From positions 1 through 45,513 of IMG/VR virus record IMGVR_UViG_3300026519_000004: DNA of 45,513 nt; one strand, 5' to 3'. Below the pieces are notes generated by a model. It was not told the DNA's origin and did not search any database. It saw nothing but the letters and a program-made list of their open reading frames with translations. Positions 35,101-42,684 of the stretch are shown here, one piece after another. Source of the stretch: a virus. The position numbers and the translations under genes were made by a program. Numbering within the stretch: position 1 is the first letter of the stretch; each line of letters starts with the position of its first letter.

Positions 35101-37999
35101 CCCGAGCAAGGTTAGCCCAGGTGAAATATACAACACTGTCTATCGTGCTCGCTCTGGCATGTTTGATGTCAATAATGTGCTCGCCCAGCACGGTATTGAC
35201 GGTATTATCCATGCTAACTCAGACATATGGGGGAGCCGATACTCCGATTCGCTTGGTCGGAGGCCGGTAAACGACTATGGCGACAGTTATATCGCGTTCC
35301 ACCCTGAGCAGATCATCCAGATCGGCGACCAGATTGATGTCAAGAATAGTGTCCGGTTCGCCCGGACATCCAAGAAAACTCGCGGGCGTCCCGACTTAGC
35401 CAATCCCGGGCGCACGGACGCTGCCCGGGCATTGGTCGATGATGTTGACGAGGCCAGAAACCGGTCTGGCCGGCCACCTGTTGTACCGGACACTGTGTTC
35501 CGCAGTGAGGCCAGACGGCGAATCGAAGCCGACCGTGATAAAGAGCAACGGCTTCTGCTCCAGATGGCGCGACAGGGCGTGCCGTTCGGGCCGACCGAAA
35601 CTTATATGGCTAAGGAAATCACGAACCAACTGGCCGTCGAATCACTCGCCTCGGGCGATGTTGACCAGATGGAGCAGGCCATGCAGTTCGCGGATGCCTA
35701 CCGGGAATCTGGCACCGTCCAAGCACGGGCGTTCCGCCAGCGCCGCGACGAGGTGATGACGCCACAGGAGCGGATGCAGAACGCGCTCACAAACATGTTG
35801 ACGCTCCCGGGCAAGGATGCGAGGGAACGACTGCTCAAACTGAATGATAAACTGCGCAACACCCATGACGAGCACGACGCCCGGGTGCTCGAAAAGCGCC
35901 GCAGCCGAATCATCCGCGAGCAGGCTGAACAACTCGATGAGATTCGCACCCGGCTGTCCAAGATGGGGCTCGATCCCCGGACGCTCACGCCGATCAAGGC
36001 GTCCGACCCGGTCGTCGCCTCGAAGGTTGCGCGGACCGTCTCGTCTGTCCGGGCGTCCACTAGCGACAAGGTCTTTGAGTTCTTCCTTTCGATGATCCTC
36101 AGTGGTCCACAGACCCATATGGCCAACACGCTGGGCAATACCGTCAACTCGGCGATTCGCTTCGGGCTCGTCCGACCAACTGAGGTGCTCATCAACACGA
36201 TCGTACGCGACCCCAAAGGCGCACAGGTGGGGGAACTCCCACATATGTACGGCTCGATGTTCGGCGGGATTGTCCGGGGAACCACTGCGCTGTTGCGGGC
36301 CTACCGCACGGAAGCCCCGACCTTCATGGAGGACTTCCTCGACGATACACAGCGAACCTCGAAACTGGAACTCCATGAGTCGCGGGCGGCGATCAAGGGA
36401 ACCAAGGGTCGGATCATCCGCCTGCCCAGCCTGACCACCTTGTTGGCGTTCGATGAGTTCTTCAAGGCAATGGGCGGCAATATGGAGAGTCACGCCATGG
36501 CCTACCGGGTTGGCCGGGCCATGGGGCTGTCTGGCCGTGACCTTGGTCGGTTCATCGAAATCGCCGTGACCAGCGAGAATGACATTACAGAACTGGACAT
36601 GGACAAGTTCGCCAGCCTTTTTGGCTACCCGCTCGATCAGGCGATCGAGGTCTACGCGGATGTCCGCGACCAGATCAGGGATTATGCCATGCGGTCGGCC
36701 AAGGAAATCACCTTCCAAGATACGCCGAGCGTCATCGGTCAGGCGATGCTCAAGGCGCGTGAGGTCGTGCCGGGGCTCCGGTATCTCGTGCCGTTCGTGT
36801 CGGTCCCAGACCGAATCTTCGCACTTGGCCTCAAGATGACCCCGCTCGGCACACTTCCATTGGCGTTGCGGTCGCTCAGCACTGGCATGATCTCGCTCGG
36901 CTTCAAGGCCGATGGCGTGGACTACCGGGTCGAGAAAGACCGAATGGTCAACGACGCGGCGTTCGCAGTCCTCGGCTGGGGTGTGTTCGGGCTGCTCTGG
37001 GCGCTGACTGGCGGCGGTGGCAGTGACGACGACGATGACCTGCCGATCATCACCGGTTCATCCTCGCCTGATTATGGCAAGCGTGGTGCCCAGTACCGCA
37101 CGGCACCGCCGATGAGCGTCCGCATCGACGACAAGTATTACTCATATCGCCGTCTGGAGCCAGCGGCCGTGACATTGGCCACAACGGTTGACCTTATCAA
37201 CGAGGCCCGGCGGGTCATCGAAACCGACGGGTCGCACTCGGACGCCGCGATCGAGGCCATGTCTCGTGCCGGGTCTTCGGTTCTCGACCAGATGAAGGAC
37301 AAGACTTTCCTCCAGACGCTCGGCGACCTGACGACGATCCTGACCGACGACAACCGGCGGGAGAGCACGGTCGCCCGGGTCGGCATGAACTTCGTGACCG
37401 CATGGGTGCCGAACCTTATTAAGCAACCGCTCCGCAATCTGGAGCCCGGGCTCCGTGATACGACGATCCGGCGACAAGACGATGGGTGGTGGGGTGGCTT
37501 CCGCTCGAACCTTGCGTATTCGGCCCTTCCTCTGCCCCAGTGGGCTCCGCCGCCTCGCGTGGACATCTGGGGCCGCGAGATACGCAGGGGCAGCCCGTGG
37601 GGCTCCTCTGGTGCTCTGGCGGTTGCGTGGCGGCTCGGTATGCCGATCAAAGTGAGCGAGGTCGGGGATGTCCACCCGCTTGACCTGATGATTGCCAACT
37701 ACAACCGCGCGGCAGAGAACGGTGAACTTGGCATGGACGCCGAGCCGTTGTACCCCAGACCACCGACTGCCTCGGTCAATCGCAAGGCAATCTCGTTCAG
37801 AATGACCGATGAGGAGTACCACCGCCTGACCCGGGATGGTGGACAGCGAGCGGCTAGCCGACTCATGGCCATGGGGTTAGACTTCGATCACCCGGGCAAG
37901 CGTGAGTATGATGCGGTGCGAAAGGCGTTCCGTGATAGTTATGGCGAGGTTCGTGATGAGATTGTGAACGAGCGACTGAGGCAGGAGGCCGGCAGATGA
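29075..37999 (+). CDS. Giant (2974-aa) polyvalent-type virion/ejection protein
   Basis: Uninterrupted 8.9-kb ORF with these modules:
- HExxH 'HEELH' at 30842..30856.
- Central 'HW...N...H.R...LHGDEFQSDW' module (around 33070..33175).
- ART-PolyVal-like module (about 34600..35330: 'GIYLADDRRVALAFAE', 'GIDGIIH', 'YIAFHPEQIIQIG').
- C-terminal region 'ILSGPQTHMANTLGN ... PGLRYLVPFVSVP' with a TM segment and a poly-D run.
The start is ATG 29075 or GTG 29090; both overlap the upstream gene. Confidence 0.7.
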   Translation: MRSIFVPQPASDIPDFSSFLSPEDLAAFESVIPAGGQPSPFDGVRVERHPDIDKRAKITPKGNDRLSRTLRAGLLAAKFVRDATEATTPDQRETGPLLSDLGKALYRGSSRIMSNTTGAVAAGATLLESVTGDTVLTDATQAYAQIQTDLLESAIRPNNAQRTDATGIRGMAEDFSESLPSLAAQVGLAAATGGASVGLSVGARGATALGVFAGTAAAPKVGQVYQDALEEHGQPDMAAVEGLESGLWTFASEYLLGGLIRIPGVRQTLGESIEVVSNNFVGKVAKGAVGEGLQEGIETIGDEVIAEFNRRGGGDLLQDAEQAMSRATDKDTLVAAAYGAAIGMAGGGLVSGVGASIDLRIQSRVRRMARDARDNADGLLELYKKETGQEYPRADEYREVTKAWANDPLDQRYTAAADKLYGDMLKRVRAARDGTAEDSAEPKPARPDAKDTRTDEQKYGPNAVSAEEAAQEAVEPKRKPVIKSVSKTRGKEMSREEDAIVASLGRPDSEFETARVHFPAVDELRPDQQEIVKDARSRGTNIVFGVPIGVDGKNNEIPGLLSRVPGQYDPVIFLNAELDPGKTTQSYQFHEELHDLDERFRTEADKNSKEWNSLVEALEDFAPAVMETARTEARERYEGFSNQQIRAEVPSVAAEIVISAMGPLDVKVLHQALADHNNRGLGTRLVEAIKRLAKKLGIKVRLPDRYAGTFEHSKQIVEAANLIYTAIHGKRPTARQAAQKAARSDSNPTEQPAKSARSISPESPGPDDVKFARRGDRPVDGTGKKTLTANATPKNKPASRERQIINNAALVAGVPERAIKLAESLDRRTTSTTVYPTFTPIGASSPLLRPGHGAVFIPTDSDVKWARLPTLYSKAHRTILDSNMKKAPGSQWKAWLRKQPGIKSVELEWLNIDSKTAYNRVDDKQVYTREEMLEIIESSIPSVYVIIQADKPPPSVKYQASYDEIKYDPDKDYNQDPDDELSMDESDYTLHDIDDSMVYDNARDDIQHGGDVIDRVDYLSEYDELVEEKTQELFDRFMETYDGPPTLFDPNATEITVEDWADKNDSEIEDAVRAEIESQLQDETGPFWDFFYESALESAEEYRGKTWESPHYNARIEIPYGEDFGPDYDAYYDGRHLGQYGDWYDAYVAVREEFVNEENIVLGEDPQNVHDFWEPEKYAENILIGGRKALKWESNDDEDIYIYHIIDDPDDPLDVTEPHQYIAFYKGYSLDNGNSFDTWEEARNEIYTTWLRERAGKVYGTETDIALPASDDGETKELAKERIKPGLFYDIAEKGTSFGSVSYRLAGTQHSYTEHLLKLVPPGGEVLYTKGHWSGNNIFAHVRTTVRPIGGVQTLHGDEFQSDWFVDGRRLGVVPRGLTESDIRDMVVSANKKNDEMKDALTDVRKEISSSIRLLLKRISGGGLSEKIKRAVESDFTADNGFYSVNPYQDITELADLVYNHADETFADKIINFAVNSMASSVKGLLGIEDMLRIPMQSPVELGSVDSSILPTNPDVISKHISSRKEGPFDIYGAHHREMDGQHGDTITNDILRAVPLGHKREFRLGKSSATILANYVVNTVYNEFVSNPENVARHVARANELRIESDRIRNNAQRNSIKDFPFNDYDSWVPIALKYLLERAAYTGADWVTWNTGATQREINDRALETHMKQAVFKQKDHPYAKFAIEGDVVLVNLDGASTVEKNVVIYDEETFKRAFPDKKALDLVRRLKPGETATYVPDNPIPFSANSMYETVYDRVAVKAANKMLKPVKVKVEKVVLDSAIGKPEVWGIRLNDDVRELLQAPKTMWARRSGPRDGVVELSSSKLGINAPRVLKKVAKSLATVNGLPIPLYQGGPHSSSMNGNIIITGNRMMQNGAGIYLADDRRVALAFAEQKLGVVRTFALDIRRPLDLRNMDPAIEQRTLNILRLVNDDLITRVSRMLKARGRVYGSPVTKNLLDSTLRSLRSIRLSYGEPIKGVPARELISSEYERKIRLVMEELEDFDITLRYPSKVSPGEIYNTVYRARSGMFDVNNVLAQHGIDGIIHANSDIWGSRYSDSLGRRPVNDYGDSYIAFHPEQIIQIGDQIDVKNSVRFARTSKKTRGRPDLANPGRTDAARALVDDVDEARNRSGRPPVVPDTVFRSEARRRIEADRDKEQRLLLQMARQGVPFGPTETYMAKEITNQLAVESLASGDVDQMEQAMQFADAYRESGTVQARAFRQRRDEVMTPQERMQNALTNMLTLPGKDARERLLKLNDKLRNTHDEHDARVLEKRRSRIIREQAEQLDEIRTRLSKMGLDPRTLTPIKASDPVVASKVARTVSSVRASTSDKVFEFFLSMILSGPQTHMANTLGNTVNSAIRFGLVRPTEVLINTIVRDPKGAQVGELPHMYGSMFGGIVRGTTALLRAYRTEAPTFMEDFLDDTQRTSKLELHESRAAIKGTKGRIIRLPSLTTLLAFDEFFKAMGGNMESHAMAYRVGRAMGLSGRDLGRFIEIAVTSENDITELDMDKFASLFGYPLDQAIEVYADVRDQIRDYAMRSAKEITFQDTPSVIGQAMLKAREVVPGLRYLVPFVSVPDRIFALGLKMTPLGTLPLALRSLSTGMISLGFKADGVDYRVEKDRMVNDAAFAVLGWGVFGLLWALTGGGGSDDDDDLPIITGSSSPDYGKRGAQYRTAPPMSVRIDDKYYSYRRLEPAAVTLATTVDLINEARRVIETDGSHSDAAIEAMSRAGSSVLDQMKDKTFLQTLGDLTTILTDDNRRESTVARVGMNFVTAWVPNLIKQPLRNLEPGLRDTTIRRQDDGWWGGFRSNLAYSALPLPQWAPPPRVDIWGREIRRGSPWGSSGALAVAWRLGMPIKVSEVGDVHPLDLMIANYNRAAENGELGMDAEPLYPRPPTASVNRKAISFRMTDEEYHRLTRDGGQRAASRLMAMGLDFDHPGKREYDAVRKAFRDSYGEVRDEIVNERLRQEAGR

Positions 38000-38011
38000 G
38001 TTGGAGGTTTC

Positions 38012-38392
38012 GTGACAAGCCCCTTTATGCACTCCGTTCTCATTGTTGGTTCGCTGTGGACGCCGCTAAACACCTTGGGCGTTGTGACCGGCGGTTTGGG
38101 CATGGCCGATCTGATTGCACAGGCTCCTGTGCTCGGGCTGCTCGTAGTCGTCGTCTACCTGTTCCTGCGCCACATGCGAGAGTCCGACGAGCGACGGCTC
38201 AAGACCGAGTCCGAGGCCGAGGCTGTGAGGCTCAAGACGCTATCCAAGATTGGCGAGGATTTTCACCTGATCCAAAAAGAGGGGCACGAGGTCATGCGGG
38301 AGATGCGGTCTCACATGGCAATAGACCACGAACTGCATGGAAGACTGGTCAATATCATCGAGACAATGGAAACAAGGCTGGAACAAAAATAA
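38012..38392 (+). CDS. Holin-like membrane protein (two TM segments plus a charged coiled-coil tail)
   Basis: GTG 38012 lies 4 nt after GGAGG. TM candidates are 'SVLIVGSLWTPLNTLGVVTGGL' and 'APVLGLLVVVVYLFL'. It is the last gene of the long operon, immediately before a strong hairpin. Confidence 0.4.
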   Translation: MTSPFMHSVLIVGSLWTPLNTLGVVTGGLGMADLIAQAPVLGLLVVVVYLFLRHMRESDERRLKTESEAEAVRLKTLSKIGEDFHLIQKEGHEVMREMRSHMAIDHELHGRLVNIIETMETRLEQK

Positions 38393-38417
38393 CAAGGGCC
38401 TCGTGAGCACATAAAAA

Positions 38418-38444
38418 CCGCCTTGGTCTTGTGGACCAAGGCGG
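38418..38444 (+). terminator. Strong stem-loop terminator candidate at the end of the structural operon
   Basis: Perfect 11-bp stem CCGCCTTGGTC / GACCAAGGCGG with a 5-nt loop. The upstream A5 run would give a U-tract on the opposite strand. The downstream tail CTCTGTCCTC is only moderately T-rich. Confidence 0.55.
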
Positions 38445-38486
38445 CTCTGTCCTCACAACAGGTTTCCTCTGCGAAAGGAATATGCG

Positions 38487-39218
38487 ATGCACGATACTCA
38501 TTGGAACCGCCCGAATCAAGCGGGGTCTCTCTCATATGCCCAACGGGTAGCCGTGACCGAGGCCCGCATACCAGACCTTGTGGTGGCCGAGGGCCTGCGG
38601 AAAGTCAAGGTGAGCGCATCGACCGCCCGGGCGGTGCTCCGGGCTATCTGCTCGTTCGGGCCTGCTGGCGGCTATCTCTGGCCGTCGAGGGCCCGCGTGG
38701 CAGAGAAAGCCGGTGTGAGTCTCAGGACCGCCACACGGGCTCTCAAAGCCCTGTGCCGGGCGGGAATCCTGATCCGCAAGAAGTACATTCAGTGCTACGG
38801 GAAGCGACTGGCCCGATACAGGGTCTCCTACAAGGCCCTGCGACGATGGCTGTCACGGGAGGTCAAGGCACGGCTGTCGGCGATTTGTCGCGCGCCGAGC
38901 AACGGGTGCCACCATGGCACACAAGGTACTAAGCCTGACCCTCTTGTATACAAAACATCTCAAGCAAAGGCGGGGCCATATGGTAGTCGTACGGGTGTCG
39001 GAACAGTCATCTCCAGATTGTCGGGAAGAATGAACGCTCGCGTGACCGAGAAGCGGTACAACCGGGGGCGGACTGTCAGGCAAGTCGCCTATCAGGTCAA
39101 TGAGTGGGTCAAGCAACAGGGCTATTCAGCGCCATCGCCGGCCAAGACTGACGACCAATCAACCTTGTGTGCCATGAGGAGGCTCGAAGCCCTCCGCCGT
39201 GCCGCCAAGAACCGCTGA
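38487..39218 (+). CDS. Helix-turn-helix DNA-binding protein (possible replication initiator or regulator)
   Basis: 'RARVAEKAGVSLRTATRALKALCRAGILIRKK' is HTH-like. 243 aa, basic. First gene of the replication/recombination module. Confidence 0.45.
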   Translation: MHDTHWNRPNQAGSLSYAQRVAVTEARIPDLVVAEGLRKVKVSASTARAVLRAICSFGPAGGYLWPSRARVAEKAGVSLRTATRALKALCRAGILIRKKYIQCYGKRLARYRVSYKALRRWLSREVKARLSAICRAPSNGCHHGTQGTKPDPLVYKTSQAKAGPYGSRTGVGTVISRLSGRMNARVTEKRYNRGRTVRQVAYQVNEWVKQQGYSAPSPAKTDDQSTLCAMRRLEALRRAAKNR

Positions 39219-39258
39219 TATCACCAACAGGCAACCAGAAGCCATGGTCCAATGTTTG

Positions 39259-39286
39259 TTGACGGGTGTAGCCATAGGTGTATAGT
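39259..39286 (+). promoter_or_regulatory. Near-consensus sigma70-type promoter candidate
   Basis: TTGACG (39259..39264), a 16-nt spacer, then TATAGT (39281..39286). Followed by AAGGAG and ATG 39309. Confidence 0.5.
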
Positions 39287-39308
39287 TGAGCAACAAAAAG
39301 GAGACATT

Positions 39309-40559
39309 ATGCAGATCATCAGACTTGAAGCAGAGAACATTAAGCGGCTCAAGGCCGTGTCGATCACTCCCGAGGGCTCGATCGTCGAGATCACGGGCCG
39401 CAACGCACAAGGCAAGTCGAGCGTGCTTGACTCCATTGCATATCTGCTTGGCGGCGAGCGGCTGGTGCCCAGTAAGCCGATCAGGGATGGCCAAGAGACG
39501 GCGTTCGTACGCGGGTATCTCGGCGACACCGAAGTCGAGTTGGAGGTCGAGCGCCGGTGGCGGAACGGTCGCAGCACCTTGACGGTTAAGACGCCAGATG
39601 GATTGTCAATCGGAAAAGCGCAGGCGGCGCTCAACGACATCATCGGGCTTCTTTCCTTTGACCCGCTGGCGTTCACTCGGATGCCGCCAAAGCAACAGGC
39701 CCAGACGCTCAGAGAACTGGCGGGCATCGACACGACCGAGTTGGATGCCGAGCGGGCACGCCTGTTCGAGGAACGAACGATCGTCAGACGCCGGGTCAAG
39801 GAACTTGAGGCACAGGCGTCCGCGATCGCCGTCCCGGATGGCGGGTTCCCGGACGGAGGCCCGGTAAACATTCAAGACCTGATCGTCACCGCCGGCTCGA
39901 TCCGGGAAAGCAACCGAAAACTCGACCTGATCGGTGCGAAGATACAGGAATCAATGAACATCGTTTCCAGTGCGGCTGAGCGCATAAAGCAACTTGAATC
40001 AGAGATCGAAGCCTGCCGGGCCGACATCGAGAATCAAAACGCGAAGATAATGGAACTGGAAAAACAACGAGAGTCCATAGGCGGCTACGCCGACATCAAG
40101 GCTGTCGAGAGTGAAATGGCAAGCGCCGAGAACATCAACGCCTCGATCCGGCTGCGAGACCAGCGTGCTGATCTGGTTGAACAGGCAGCCAAAGCACAGA
40201 AGGAATCAGACGACCGGTCGAGCCGTATCAACCAGATCGACGGGATGCGTGTCGAGATGATCGAAAACGCGAACATGCCAATCCCGGGGCTCGGGCTCGA
40301 AGATGGCGAGGTGACCTACAACGGGACACCATTCGACCAGATTTCGTCAGCGGAACAGTTGAAGGTAAGCGTGGCCATGGGGCTGGCAATGAACCCGAAA
40401 CTCAAGGTCATACTGATCCGGGACGGCTCTCTGCTCGACTCCGAGTCAATGGCGACGATTGGCAGGATGGCCGATGAATCCGGTGCCCAGATATGGATTG
40501 AAACAGTTTCAGACGGCGATGCTCGCGGGGTCGTCATCGAAGACGGCATGGTGGCGTAG
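39309..40559 (+). CDS. AAA/SMC-like (RecF/RecN/SbcC-type) ATPase
   Basis: N-terminal 'IIRLEAENIKRLKAVSI...ITGRNAQGKSSVLDSI' (Walker A), a central coiled coil, and C-terminal 'SSAEQLKVSVAMGLA...LKVILIRDGSLLD' (signature and Walker B). Confidence 0.65.
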   Translation: MQIIRLEAENIKRLKAVSITPEGSIVEITGRNAQGKSSVLDSIAYLLGGERLVPSKPIRDGQETAFVRGYLGDTEVELEVERRWRNGRSTLTVKTPDGLSIGKAQAALNDIIGLLSFDPLAFTRMPPKQQAQTLRELAGIDTTELDAERARLFEERTIVRRRVKELEAQASAIAVPDGGFPDGGPVNIQDLIVTAGSIRESNRKLDLIGAKIQESMNIVSSAAERIKQLESEIEACRADIENQNAKIMELEKQRESIGGYADIKAVESEMASAENINASIRLRDQRADLVEQAAKAQKESDDRSSRINQIDGMRVEMIENANMPIPGLGLEDGEVTYNGTPFDQISSAEQLKVSVAMGLAMNPKLKVILIRDGSLLDSESMATIGRMADESGAQIWIETVSDGDARGVVIEDGMVA

Positions 40560-40580
40560 CAGCACCGGCTGGCTTTCGAT

Positions 40581-40610
40581 TGGACACAAGAGGACACAAG
40601 GGGACACAAG
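40581..40610 (+). repeat. Three tandem 10-bp repeats N-GGACACAAG, ending 2 nt before the ATG of the exonuclease gene
   Basis: tGGACACAAG aGGACACAAG gGGACACAAG ag ATG, read directly. A 10-nt period is not a multiple of 3, so the repeat is not driven by coding. Confidence 0.9.
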
Positions 40611-40612
40611 AG

Positions 40613-41455
40613 ATGGATGACCGAATCAAAAACATGTCGTTCGAGCAATACCTTGCAGTAGATGCCTGCCAACAGAGCGTGCTCAAGCACTTCTGGAGGT
40701 CAGCCAAATTGGGCGCTCACCTGATGAGCAGCCGCAAGTTTGAGTACACGGCCCAGATGCGGCTCGGCACGCTCGTCCACATGCGACTTCTGGAGCCGGA
40801 TCGGGTCGATGATGAGGTTGTGTGGATTGATAAAATGGCGATGATGCCACAGCCCAAGACCTTCCAGAAGCAGGAATCATTGCATCCCGGCAGGTTTGTT
40901 GCCCCGTTGGTTTGGCGCGACCATTCGATTGCGATTGCACAGGCTGTGCGCGATGATAGCGTCGCCCGTTCATTGATTGACGGCCCCGGGGCCCACAACG
41001 AACTATCGCTGTTCTGGACGGACATGGGCGTCAAGTGCAAGGCCCGTATTGACCGGTTGATCCCACGCTTTGGAATCGCAGACTTGAAGGTCACAAGTTG
41101 TACGCACCAAGATGAGTTCGCGCGGCAGGCCGGCAACCTCGGCTGGGACTTCCAAAATGCGTGGTACCAGCGAGGGTGTATCCGAACTGGGCTTTCGTCC
41201 AATGTACCGGGCTTCGCGCACATATGCGTAGACCCCGAAACCATGCTCGTCCGGGTGTATGAACTCGACCAAGAGTCGGTCGAAAGTGGATGGAAAAAAT
41301 GCTGTGTGGCCCTCCAAAGGTATGCCGCATGGAAGAAAGACGGGACGCTGCTTGGCGAGCCAAGTGGCGTACTAATGACCCGCATGAGGCCATGGGACTT
41401 AGTCCCGGATTCCATGCAGGCTCCGATCGAACTGCGCGATAACATGGAGGCATAG
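40613..41455 (+). CDS. PD-(D/E)XK exonuclease (DUF3799 / RecE-like)
   Basis: 'GTLVHMRLLEP', 'KARIDRL...IADLKVT' and 'QNAWYQRG' fit the recalled PDDEXK pattern (H...E; D..(I)DLK.T; Q.A.Y). Lies next to recT. Confidence 0.6.
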   Translation: MDDRIKNMSFEQYLAVDACQQSVLKHFWRSAKLGAHLMSSRKFEYTAQMRLGTLVHMRLLEPDRVDDEVVWIDKMAMMPQPKTFQKQESLHPGRFVAPLVWRDHSIAIAQAVRDDSVARSLIDGPGAHNELSLFWTDMGVKCKARIDRLIPRFGIADLKVTSCTHQDEFARQAGNLGWDFQNAWYQRGCIRTGLSSNVPGFAHICVDPETMLVRVYELDQESVESGWKKCCVALQRYAAWKKDGTLLGEPSGVLMTRMRPWDLVPDSMQAPIELRDNMEA

Positions 41456-41548
41456 TCATGGGTCCACCCCAGGCGCGGTGTATACCGCGGCGATCGTACA
41501 ACACGATGGTCAAGGTTGCAAGACAGGTAACACCAGTGGGAGGCGACG

Positions 41549-42415
41549 ATGGATGAACAACAGAAAAAAGATGAGGAACTTGACTATGAAACGCTGCAAC
41601 GGCAGTTGGCGCTCGACGACGCGAAGGAAGGCAATGAGCCAGACAGGCCGGCCGCAGGGTTGGTTGCCCGCAAGCCTGATCCCCGGCAGCCAGGAGAGAC
41701 AGGACCGGACCTTGCGCGATTGAACCCGGACCAGATCAAGGCGTATGTGCTGGCCATGAAAGCCGGGGGGTCAGCCGATGCGGTCCGGTGGACCGAAAAC
41801 GGGCTCGTGCCCAGCAATGGCAACGGCCTCATGTGGATGGCCTCGATGTACTGCCGCTCGGGCTTGGCCAAGAACCTGAAAACTCCCGATCAGTATGCGA
41901 CAGTGATTCAGTGCGGCATGGAACTCGGGATGTCGGCGCTTGCGGCCCTGCGGCAGATCACGATCGTCGAGGGGCAACTGACACTCTGGGGCACCGGCCC
42001 GATGGCACTGGTCCGATCGAGCGGATTGCTCGAAAGTTATCACGAGGAGGAGTTTAACATGCCAAAGGCCGGCACACCCGTCGGCAAGTGGCCAATGGAC
42101 GCGGGCATCACTATTACAATGCGCCGCACTGGTGGTGAGGAGTGTATCCGGACTTTTGAGGTTGGAGATGCGGTATTGATGGGTAAGTGGAACCAGAACC
42201 CGAAGATGCCGTGGTCAACAGCACCGAAGGTGATGTTGCGGCAAAAGGCATGTACTCAAGCGGCACGCGCACTGTTCCCGGATGTTCTCCTCGGCCTATA
42301 CACGATTGACGAGATTGAGCCGACGGCTATGCGGTCGATCACTGGTGAGACATTGGAGTCTCGCCGGGCCGCCATGGAAGATGAGGTTCGTGGGATAGTC
42401 GAAGAGGAGTCGTGA
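41549..42415 (+). CDS. recT: RecT-family single-strand annealing protein
   Basis: 'GMELGMSALAALRQITIVEGQLTLWG' and 'WSTAPKVMLRQKACTQAARALFPDVLLGLYTIDE' are RecT hallmarks. GGGAGG RBS. Confidence 0.65.
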   Translation: MDEQQKKDEELDYETLQRQLALDDAKEGNEPDRPAAGLVARKPDPRQPGETGPDLARLNPDQIKAYVLAMKAGGSADAVRWTENGLVPSNGNGLMWMASMYCRSGLAKNLKTPDQYATVIQCGMELGMSALAALRQITIVEGQLTLWGTGPMALVRSSGLLESYHEEEFNMPKAGTPVGKWPMDAGITITMRRTGGEECIRTFEVGDAVLMGKWNQNPKMPWSTAPKVMLRQKACTQAARALFPDVLLGLYTIDEIEPTAMRSITGETLESRRAAMEDEVRGIVEEES

Positions 42416-42684
42416 TGTCAACAACAGAGATCAGCATTGTTGCGCATGAGCGAGCATACACTCGCGGATGGTGGGCCTATGAGGACGGTTCCCAGCGGAG
42501 CGCGTCGCTCGCAGAAGAATCAAGTCTCCAAGAGGCGTTTCTTCAAGGGTGGGATGAACACAAGGCGCGCGACGACCGAGAACGGGACATTTTAGCACGC
42601 CGGCTCGCTGATGAGTTGAACAAGAAAAAGGCTGCGAGGGCTGCGACGCAACTTGCCGATATGGCCAGGCGGGAGTTCGATTGA
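42415..42684 (+). CDS. Hypothetical protein (89 aa)
   Basis: ATG 42415 lies 5 nt after GGAG; GTG 42412 is an alternative start. Charged C-terminal helix. Confidence 0.45.
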   Translation: MSTTEISIVAHERAYTRGWWAYEDGSQRSASLAEESSLQEAFLQGWDEHKARDDRERDILARRLADELNKKKAARAATQLADMARREFD

